Source: an uncultured delta proteobacterium | GTDB lineage: Bacteria > Desulfobacterota > RBG-13-43-22 | Length of the DNA stretch: 64,000 nucleotides | Assembly: GCA_963711835.1 (NCBI GenBank) | Contig: CAVQFQ010000021.1 | Coordinates: 64,001 to 128,000, forward strand | Direction: 5' to 3' | In this document: positions 20,581-28,163 of the stretch, piece by piece | Position numbering within the stretch: position 1 is the stretch's first letter | Layout: each line of letters starts with the position of its first letter | Notes under the pieces: generated by a model | Seen by the model: the letters and a program-made list of their open reading frames with translations, nothing else | The model's database searches: none | What the model was told of the DNA's origin: nothing | Made by a program: the position numbers and the translations under genes

Positions 20581-21663
20581 AGGGGACGTTGCTGAAAATC
20601 ATAACTTATTGTTTGATCGTCTGCTCATTTCTTCGGCAGTTCGCTCCACTGCCTTTATGATGGCTGTGGTACTCACCCCCAGGTTTCGGGCAATTTCAGC
20701 ACAACTGATTCCTCTTTCCCGGTTGAGCAGATAGCCCACTTTCGCCCGGACCGCCGAGACCTTTCTTCGCTGGCTGCCCTGCCTGAGTTCCATCTCCAGG
20801 ACCGATTCCTTTTGACACTGTTCCCGGATCACTCGATCAATCAAGTTTCTTCCTCTCACCATTCTTCAACTGCCTTCGAATCCCCGCATCGGCCTCCAGG
20901 ATAATTTGTTCCACAAAATCCCCTCGGCCCAAAACCCGGGGATCATGTTCCCTGCTTTCCCCGCTGTCCCTCAATGACCGGACTTGCGACCATCCCCCAA
21001 GACTCCGAACCAAACCCCCTCCGCTCAAATCATCTCGTCTGCCCCGGCCTTTGGCCTCTTCCACAAAGGTCCGGTAGGCCCTTACCGCCCGTCTCCGGTC
21101 TGGCCCGAATTGTCCCAGGACATAGTCTCGGTCCTGCCAGCCGGCTTGATGACGACCCACCAGGACTGCGTGACCGCTCCAGGGATAGCGGTCTAATTCA
21201 CCGATATGGGCTACTATTCTTCCTCGAAGGGGATTCAAATGGATATACCGTACCAGTTCCAAAAGATAGGGGTCTTCCTCACAGACGATGGACTTATAGC
21301 GGTTTTGGAATAGATGGCCTTTTCTTTTATGTCTCCGGTTAAACCCTGACGGCGTACCCGGTCAAAAGACAACGCATAAACCGGGAAATTCCGCTTGGCC
21401 CGCTGAACAGCAAAAAATGAATATGGTTATCCATTAAAACCCAGGCCAGAATCCGGGTCCCGGTTTTAAGGACCAATCGTTCGATTCGGGCCAGGAGATC
21501 AGCGCGATCCTGATCATCGCGAAAGATCTTCACCCCTTCTATCCCTCGGGCCATGATATGGTGAAGGGTCCCGGGGGCATCTAATCGGGCTTGGCGCGGC
21601 ATAACCCCTCTTATAGCAACTTCCCAATACCTGGTAAAGTTATTTTTTTCATCAACGTCCCCT
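20581..21663 (-). mobile_element. RAYT-type (Y1 HUH) transposase gene with C-terminal HTH, broken by two frameshifts and flanked by ~29-bp imperfect inverted repeats
   Basis: CDS 21602 to 20599: MPRQARLDAPGTLHHIMARG, MDNHIH (HUH), FNRRHKRKGHLFQNRYKS, YIHLNP, YPWSGH; frameshifts at ~21345 and ~20846; ends aagttatgattttcagcaacgtcccct (reverse complement, 20581-20607) and aagttatttttttcatcaacgtcccct (21637-21663). Confidence 0.85.
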
Positions 21664-21880
21664 CTTCATGAAACAAACCCAGCAACCGGACTACGCTGAA
21701 ATTAGGTCGCCCGGTTTTGCCATAAAGCATCGCATATCGATCTTCGTTTTTAAACAGTATGGGAAGAACTTCGAATTTAAACAGGTGCGCCCAGGAAGAT
21801 TCTATACGATTACGTAATGAGGCTGAGAGCTGTGTGTCTATACCGAATAACTTTTGTTGGGGAGATGTTTTCTTATACAT
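21664..21880 (-). pseudogene. N-terminal fragment of a DDE transposase (IS1182/IS5-like, DUF772 region)
   Basis: MYKKTSPQQKLF...SWAHLFKFEVLP...LYGKTGRPNFSVVRLLGL; similarity stops at the RAYT terminal motif. Confidence 0.6.
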
Positions 21881-22648
21881 GACTATGTATAGCATATTCA
21901 TGCAGTTAAAGCAAGTGTTACTTCTCGGGAATCCTATGTGAAAGGCGTCCCCTTTTAACATTTATTAACCGGGAATTGAATAAAGCATATTGGGATGATC
22001 TACTTAAAAGTGAGTTACTTCTCAGGAATCACTTTTTTACGAGCGTCCCCATTTTCATGGGATAAATGTTTGTATGGTTTTGGCATAGCCACTTAGGATA
22101 GCATGTTCCTTCCTGCTTTCCCAAGTGTTGCACTTCGCTATTGAACTGACGAAATCGTTATTTTTCTCAAAATGAAATATTTCCTCTTGACAGGAAGAAT
22201 ATAGGATGTCCCCTAAAACAACTCCTCTGTTAAGAAAATGGGGGTTCTTTGACCCTTAAACAATTCCTTACCTTTACCGTCTTCTCTTCTTTCGGTCATG
22301 CATAACCTTCAAAGGCTTTAGGCGTTGCTGCTTCTCTGTTTCTATCGCGCTGAGTGTTCGTTCTGCGTACTGTTTCATATTCCTTACTATCGATTCCAGT
22401 TATTGAAAAACGTAATTACTTTCATCTGCCCTCCTATAGTTTAGCTTGATGCTTATGCCGGAATGACGCCAATAGTTTCGAATCTAGGCAAAAAGGCTTA
22501 TGTTAACGGCATTGGACCGATCCCCAATCCCTGAGAACCATTTTGCACAGCATGGGCGATGGGCCACCGATAGGCGACCCACCACGGACGTCAGAGAGAA
22601 CTGGCATTTCTGGCGATTCGCCACAGGTCGTGGTTTTGTTCAAAATTA

Positions 22649-22812
22649 AAGGCATATTTGTAAAGCTATCACTTCAACTGGTCATTTGGCCGGGTAACTT
22701 ACTTCAAAAGCAAGGAAATGTTAACTTCACAAAAACGGGTGAAAGGAACTCAGGGGAAAACCCCCGGGGAGTATGTAAGAGTAGGTATATTCAGATAAAA
22801 TGGGAATGTCAA
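22649..22812 (-). promoter_or_regulatory. Sigma70 promoter plus conserved non-coding leader, copy 2
   Basis: Minus strand TTGACA-17-TATACC; blocks 22715-22742 and 22664-22678 identical to copy 1. Confidence 0.7.
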
Positions 22813-22825
22813 CCTTTTTTTAAAA

Positions 22826-22970
22826 GGCGTTCGGAGTTGGGAGTTCGGGGTTCGGCGGATGAAGAAAAAGGGGCTCGGATTCAGAGTTCAGGGTTCAGCG
22901 GAAAGGCAAGGTCATAAAAAGACAGGAGGGGAGGGGGGGGGAAGGACGTTCGGCGTTCGGAGAAGGAAAA
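22826..22970. repeat. Composite heptamer-repeat spacer R1
   Basis: CGTTCGG/GGTTCAG units; ~57-bp core 22869-22925 nearly identical to 25166-25224. Confidence 0.85.
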
Positions 22971-23038
22971 CAAGGCGGGACAATATGATAAAAGAGTCTG
23001 CCCTTGACTCTTTCTCTGTCTAAAAAGAAATTTTTATC

Positions 23039-23302
23039 TCAATGGCTTCTGGATGCCTTCTCCTGCCTGACGCGATCATATAACCAAACCTTGATCAAAG
23101 CCCCGCGATCCACGCCGATAGATTCTCGGATAGAATCAATTTCATTAACCAGGGACTGGCTGACGTCCAAAGTAATGCGGACTTTCTTGCCGGGTTTGAC
23201 AACCATGGCCTTTGAAAGGTCTATCAATTGATGGATGTCTTCTCCTTGATCAAATCGCCTGTCAAATTCTTCGGTAGTCTTCGCCAAGTTTTTCTTTCTC
23301 AT
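23039..23302 (-). CDS. BrnA-like (CopG/RHH) antitoxin
   Basis: EEFDRRFDQGEDI...RITLDVSQSLVNEIDSIRESIGVDRGALIKVWL; overlaps the 3' end of brnT. Confidence 0.8.
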   Translation of the reverse strand: MRKKNLAKTTEEFDRRFDQGEDIHQLIDLSKAMVVKPGKKVRITLDVSQSLVNEIDSIRESIGVDRGALIKVWLYDRVRQEKASRSH

Positions 23303-23552
23303 ATAATTCACTCTCTTTCTTCCGGGACCGTCTGACTGAAATGATCCTGATAGTTCCTTTTCTAAAGGTATAAATAGCCGTCCACGGGTGGGAATCGATT
23401 TTCCCGATTAGGATATAACGATCCTCCACAGGATAAGGGGCCATAATTTCAATTCGATCCGGATCATCCCACAAAGGTTTGGCCGCTTCAAAATCGATCC
23501 CGTGTTTTTCCTTATTAGAATGGCTTTTAAGCGGATCCCAATCAAATATCAT
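23262..23552 (-). CDS. brnT: BrnT family toxin
   Basis: FDWDPLKSHSNKEKHGIDF...EDRYILIG...TAIYTFR...IRIISVRRSRKKE. Confidence 0.9.
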   Translation of the reverse strand: MIFDWDPLKSHSNKEKHGIDFEAAKPLWDDPDRIEIMAPYPVEDRYILIGKIDSHPWTAIYTFRKGTIRIISVRRSRKKESELYEKEKLGEDYRRI

Positions 23553-23647
23553 GTCAATTTATTACATATTTTAAACAAAATCACAACATATTAGTTAGCA
23601 GTGACTCTCATTCAGCGACCCGGCCAAGATGTGAAGAGATTTGTTAC

Positions 23648-23735
23648 AGGGGGGAGGGAAAGACACGTTCGGCGTTCAACGTTCGGGGTTCGGGGAAAAT
23701 GACATCTCACCGCAAAGACGCAAAGATCGCAAAGA
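23648..23735. repeat. Composite spacer R2 (CGTTCGG heptamers plus CGCAAAGA(T/C) 8-9-mers)
   Basis: cgttcggcgttcaacgttcggggttcgg and cgcaaagacgcaaagatcgcaaag. Confidence 0.8.
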
Positions 23736-23837
23736 AAAAATCCTTCTCGCATTAAAGCGTCTAACGGCAGAAGGCCTGATGGGGCGGGGAAAGGGATAAA
23801 GAAACGGGACTAATTTCCTGCCGTTAATATAAAGAAT

Positions 23838-24986
23838 CTATAGGAGATCTTTTATATGCTTCGAGACGGCTTTAAGGGGAATGACAGAGATTTTGGCGTC
23901 AAGGATATACTCCTGATGACCGGGATAAACAACCCACAAATGCTCCAGACCCAAATCCTGGATGGCTGTATTCATGGAGCGGGTTCGGCCGGGGGCATCG
24001 GCGTATTTAAACTCGAACCCATAATTTTTTCCGGCCCATCCGATTAACAGGTCGAGCTCGGCGCCGGCATGGGTGGCCCAGAAATAGGTCTCTTGCTTCT
24101 GGAGCACTCCGATAACCTGCTCCAGGGCAAAACCCTCCCAGGATGAACCCACCTTCGGATGGCCTTGCAGGCCTGCCAAGTCAGGTATTTGAAGCAAGGC
24201 GTGCAATATCCCGCTGTCCCGGATATAAATCTTAGGGGACTTAATCTGGCGTTTCCGAAGATTTTCAAACCAGGGGGGGAGGATCCTGACCATATAGGCC
24301 CCAACCAGAATATCAAGATAGCGCCGGGCCGTATTCTCTGAGGTCCCCAGCGACCTGGCAAGCTGGGACGCATTCCAAACTTGTCCATGATAGTGGGCGA
24401 TCATGGTCCAAAAGCGTCTCAGGGTCTCGGATGGAATCGTAATCCCCAGTTGTGGGATGTCCCGCTCAAGAAAGGTGCGCATGAAGTCTTCCCGCCAGCT
24501 CAGACTGGCGGAATCGTCAAAGGCCAGGAAGGATCTCGGAAAACCGCCGCGGATCCAAAGGCTGTTTTGTTGCTCTCCCCCGACCTCCAAGAGATTAAAC
24601 CCGGAAAGATCGACAAAACCAATACGCCCGGCCAGGGACTCCGATACCCCCTTGATCAATCCGGGAGAGGCGGATCCCAGGAGAAGGAATCGAGCCGGAC
24701 TTTGAGGCCGGTCCACAAGAACCCGCAACAATTCGAACAGGTCAGGCCGCCGTTGAACCTCATCGATGACCACCAGTCCGGATAGATCTTCCAGTACACT
24801 CATAGGAGCGGATAGCCGTCGCAAATCTACCGGATTTTCCAAATCGAAATAGGTACAGGGTACCTTTTCGGCAAACATTCTGGCCAGCGTTGTCTTGCCG
24901 CACTGGCGGGGGCCTAAAAGGGCGGCCATCGGATGGACATGGAAGGCATTATCAATTCGTTTAAGCGCGTCAGGTCGTGGGATCAT
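23838..24986 (-). CDS. AAA_14 ATPase with DUF4143 and C-terminal PD-(D/E)xK-like motif
   Basis: GPRQCGKTT, IDEVQ, LGSAS, SLAGR, GGFP, KSPKIYIRDSG, ELDLL...GFEFK; TTGACA-16-TAAGAT 7 nt before the ATG. Confidence 0.9.
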   Translation of the reverse strand: MIPRPDALKRIDNAFHVHPMAALLGPRQCGKTTLARMFAEKVPCTYFDLENPVDLRRLSAPMSVLEDLSGLVVIDEVQRRPDLFELLRVLVDRPQSPARFLLLGSASPGLIKGVSESLAGRIGFVDLSGFNLLEVGGEQQNSLWIRGGFPRSFLAFDDSASLSWREDFMRTFLERDIPQLGITIPSETLRRFWTMIAHYHGQVWNASQLARSLGTSENTARRYLDILVGAYMVRILPPWFENLRKRQIKSPKIYIRDSGILHALLQIPDLAGLQGHPKVGSSWEGFALEQVIGVLQKQETYFWATHAGAELDLLIGWAGKNYGFEFKYADAPGRTRSMNTAIQDLGLEHLWVVYPGHQEYILDAKISVIPLKAVSKHIKDLL

Positions 24987-25083
24987 AGGTCCTATCTTAA
25001 CATTGAAAATCGTAATGTCAAGTGAGGATTTTCAAGGATTATCATTAGAAGGATCGTCCGCCGGAGCGGGCTTGAAGCATAAT

Positions 25084-25255
25084 AACTCATAGCTCATAGC
25101 AAGAAAACCGTAAGGGGTGAGGGCGCAAGGGGGGGGAAGACGTTCGGCGTTCAGCGTTCGGCGATAAGGGGCTCAGGATTCAGAGTTCAGGGTTCAGCGG
25201 AAAGGCAAGGTCATAAAAAGACAGAGGGAGAGAAGACGTTCGGCGTTCAGAGAGA
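25084..25255. repeat. Composite heptamer-repeat spacer R3
   Basis: GCTCATA, CGTAAGG/CGCAAGG, CGTTCGG and GGTTCAG units; shares blocks with both R1 and R4. Confidence 0.85.
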
Positions 25256-25286
25256 GAACAATAACAGAAAAGATCGGCTATTGACC

Positions 25287-25517
25287 TTATAACTCTGCCA
25301 ATAACCCAAAATACTCATCCCGAGTTAATCCTGCGGTTCGTAGATTGTTCTTAATGATAAACACCGGTACTTCTTTCCAGTCAGGGATGACTACCGGCCT
25401 TGGGACCCCTTCCTTGGTATAAACGAAATGGTCCCCTTCTATTCTCACACATCGGAATCCGGCCTTTTCAAATACCCTTTTAAGACGCTCTGGGGGTATC
25501 GGAGAGATTTTGGGCAT
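25287..25517 (-). CDS. hicA: HicA family toxin
   Basis: RVFEKAGF...EGDHFVYTK...VVIP...IKNNLRTAGLTRDEY. Confidence 0.85.
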   Translation of the reverse strand: MPKISPIPPERLKRVFEKAGFRCVRIEGDHFVYTKEGVPRPVVIPDWKEVPVFIIKNNLRTAGLTRDEYFGLLAEL

Positions 25518-25518
25518 T

Positions 25519-25785
25519 TTAATAGGCGCTTACCAATTCAGTAGCCACGAGCTTGGGGGGTATCCAGCGTCCAGCAGGGTCTTTCTTGTATCTTGATTCA
25601 TCCAGAATATCTTCAAGGGTCCCCATTTTTTCTGCCTCTTCGACAAAAAGCCTTACCGCGGTTTTCAGCATTTCTTTGGCCTGTTGAATATCCTGGCCGC
25701 AGCTTGAAATATCGAGTTCTGGGCAATAGGCCACGTAAGTATGGTCTTCCTTGAAGACAATGACATCATATTCAATAGGTATCAT
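25519..25785 (-). CDS. hicB: HicB family antitoxin (short, upstream of hicA)
   Basis: YVAYCPELDISSCGQDIQQAKEMLKTAVRLFVE. Confidence 0.85.
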   Translation of the reverse strand: MIPIEYDVIVFKEDHTYVAYCPELDISSCGQDIQQAKEMLKTAVRLFVEEAEKMGTLEDILDESRYKKDPAGRWIPPKLVATELVSAY

Positions 25786-25920
25786 CTTTCCCCCCGTTAA
25801 TTTTAACCGATTTTTTTGGTAGTCGGGATGATTACTAAGTTCAAATATGGATTATTTTATCAGAAAACAGAATAAAAAGCTAAAAAATAAGATAAAAGCA
25901 AAGGGAGGAAGTCAAGGGAA

Positions 25921-26110
25921 AAAGCATAGGGCATGGGGGATGAAGGAAAGCTCGTAGCTGATAGCTCATAGCTCAAAAAAAACCGTAAGGGGTTATGGCG
26001 CAAGGCGAGGAAGGCTCTTCAGCTGATAGCTCAAGGCTCATGGCAAGATAACCGCGAGGCGGCAGAAGCAAGGCGTAATGGGAGCGGAAAGACATTCGGA
26101 GTTTGAGGAG
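25921..26110. repeat. Composite heptamer-repeat spacer R4
   Basis: GCATAGG, GCTGATA/GCTCATA and CGTAAGG/CGCAAGG units; 25964-26006 resembles 25092-25131. Confidence 0.8.
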
Positions 26111-26147
26111 GACAAAAGGCAAAATAATTTGGCAAAGATACTTTAAT

Positions 26148-26320
26148 TTAACTATCGGTTTCCGTGTTAATCCCCAAATGAAAGCGATGCAGCATTCGAT
26201 GGGCAAAGGGAGCAAGCAGCACGGCCATCACGCCGATAAAAACCAAACCGGAAAAAAGTGCGTAGGCCGAAGCAAAAAGCTTACCGCCCGTGGTATTCAT
26301 AGCATTGACCGGACCCATAA
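26148..26320 (-). pseudogene. C-terminal remnant of a small membrane protein (ion-channel-like family)
   Basis: MGPVNAMNTTGGKLFASAYALFSGLVFIGVMAVLLAPFAHRMLHRFHL; upstream part is non-homologous and no RBS is visible. Confidence 0.5.
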
Positions 26321-26384
26321 AAAAGGTTTGTGGCGGCCGACCAGCAGCCGGGTCGGACCAGTTTTCTCCAATCTGGGTCAAACC

Positions 26385-28163
26385 TTACCGGTCGCTTTTC
26401 ACCGCATTATTAAACTGCAACTGATAGAGCCGATAATAATAGCCTTTTTTCTTCATCAGCTCTTCATGGGAACCGTCCTCCTTCAGCCGGCCCTCGTGGA
26501 TGACCAGGATGCGGCTGGCCTGTCTCAAAGTGAAAAGACGGTGGGCGATGATGAGCGAGGTCCGGCCGGCCAGCAATTTTTTGATGGATTCCTGCACCAG
26601 GGCCTCGGATTCGGCATCCACCTGGGAAGTGGCCTCGTCCAGGACCAGAATGGCCGGGTCGCGGACCATCACCCGGGCCAGGGCCACCAACTGCTGTTCC
26701 CCGGCCGAGAGGGCGTCGGCGGATCGATTTTGGATTTTCCTTAAAGGCCAGCCCGCCGGGAGCCTCCCCATCAGGTTCTCCCAGTCCGGTCCGGAAACCT
26801 CCTGCCCCTGGAAAAGGATATTTTCCTTGAGATCCCCGGTAAAAAGAAAGATCTCCTGGGGGACCAGTCCGATGATGGTCCGCAGGACCTTCCGGGGAAG
26901 GGTTCGGATATCCCGGCCGTCGATCCGGATCGCGCCCTTCTGAGGCTGGTAGAACCCTTCCAGGAGCTGGATCAGGGTGCTCTTTCCCGCACCGGTCATG
27001 CCCACGATGGCCACTACTTCTCCGGCGCGAATCGTAAAGGAAAGGTCCCGGAGCACCCAATTCTCCGGCGCATAGGCAAAGCTGACCCGGTCAAAGGTTA
27101 TTTCACCTTTGACCGGAGATGAGCTTTCTTCCTGAAGGGCCGGGGCTTCCTCCTCCGGATGCTCATCAAAGAGGGCGAAGATACGCTCCAGAGAGGCCAT
27201 GGCCGATTGCATGACGCTGTATTTTTCGGTCATCTCCCGGAGGGGCTTAAAGAACATCTGGATATAGGACAAAAAAGCCACCAGGGACCCCAGGCTGAGG
27301 GTCTGCTGGATGACCTGGCCGCCGCCGTACCAGATCAGGAGGGCAATGGCCGCAGCGGAGACGAGCTCCAGCAGGGGCATAAAAAGGGCGAAGACCTGGA
27401 TCTGCTTCATGCCGGCCTGGTAGGCTTTATGATTGACCCCGGCAAAATCCCGGTACCGTTTTTCCTCCCGAACCAGGATCTGGGTCAGGGCCATACCCGG
27501 AATGCTTTCCTGAATGAAGGCATTCACCTGGGAGACCCGGCGCCGCAGGTCCCTGAAGGCGTCCCGGGACTTTTTACTGAAAAGGCGGGCGGTAATAAAA
27601 ATAATGGGAATCAGGGTGAAGGTAACCAGGGCCAGCTTGAGGTCCAGGGTGAGGAGAATGACCAGGATGCCCAGGGCCATCAGAATATCCTTGACCAGGG
27701 TGGCCAGCAGGGACTTGACCATCTCATTCAGATTCTCGATGTCATTGGTGAGCCGGGTCACCAGACGACCGACCGGGTTGTGCTGATAAAAGGGCAAGGG
27801 CAGCGAAAGCAGATGGGCATAGAGTTTGAGCCGCAGGGCATGATTAACCCGCTGCCCCAGCCGCTCCATGATCACCACCTGGAGGTATTGCAGGAAAAAG
27901 CTGATCGTCAGCACCAGCAGCAGCAACAGGGCCAGGAGGCCCAAACCCTTGGCCTCTCCGGCCAGGATGTGGTTGTCGATAACCTGTTTGGTCAGATAAG
28001 GTGGGATCAGATCCAGGATGGTTATACCCAGAGAGAGCAGGAGCCCGACCAGCCACCACTTCCGAAAAGGCCAGAGAAAGGGGAAAATTCTTTTCAACAG
28101 GCCCAGGTCGTAGGGCCGGCCTAACTTTTCCCCTTCGATATAGCCGAAGTCGCCGAAAGGCAT
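26385..28163 (-). CDS. ABC exporter ATP-binding/permease subunit (MdlB-like)
   Basis: TMD plus GMTGAGKST, LSAGEQQL, LDEATS, IAHRL. Confidence 0.92.
   Translation of the reverse strand: MPFGDFGYIEGEKLGRPYDLGLLKRIFPFLWPFRKWWLVGLLLSLGITILDLIPPYLTKQVIDNHILAGEAKGLGLLALLLLLVLTISFFLQYLQVVIMERLGQRVNHALRLKLYAHLLSLPLPFYQHNPVGRLVTRLTNDIENLNEMVKSLLATLVKDILMALGILVILLTLDLKLALVTFTLIPIIFITARLFSKKSRDAFRDLRRRVSQVNAFIQESIPGMALTQILVREEKRYRDFAGVNHKAYQAGMKQIQVFALFMPLLELVSAAAIALLIWYGGGQVIQQTLSLGSLVAFLSYIQMFFKPLREMTEKYSVMQSAMASLERIFALFDEHPEEEAPALQEESSSPVKGEITFDRVSFAYAPENWVLRDLSFTIRAGEVVAIVGMTGAGKSTLIQLLEGFYQPQKGAIRIDGRDIRTLPRKVLRTIIGLVPQEIFLFTGDLKENILFQGQEVSGPDWENLMGRLPAGWPLRKIQNRSADALSAGEQQLVALARVMVRDPAILVLDEATSQVDAESEALVQESIKKLLAGRTSLIIAHRLFTLRQASRILVIHEGRLKEDGSHEELMKKKGYYYRLYQLQFNNAVKSDR

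Noticed and set aside
23759-23828. attC-like hairpin (GTCTAACGGCAG ... CTGCCGTTAATA), plus a weaker one at ~23600-23648
   Set aside because: The R' box does not match GTTRRRY, L boxes are unclear, the motif is not repeated between the other cassettes, and there is no integron integrase in the window.
22826-26110. Possible CRISPR array
   Set aside because: Repeats are low-complexity 7-9-mers with kb-scale gene-containing intervals, not constant repeats with ~35-bp spacers; no cas genes.
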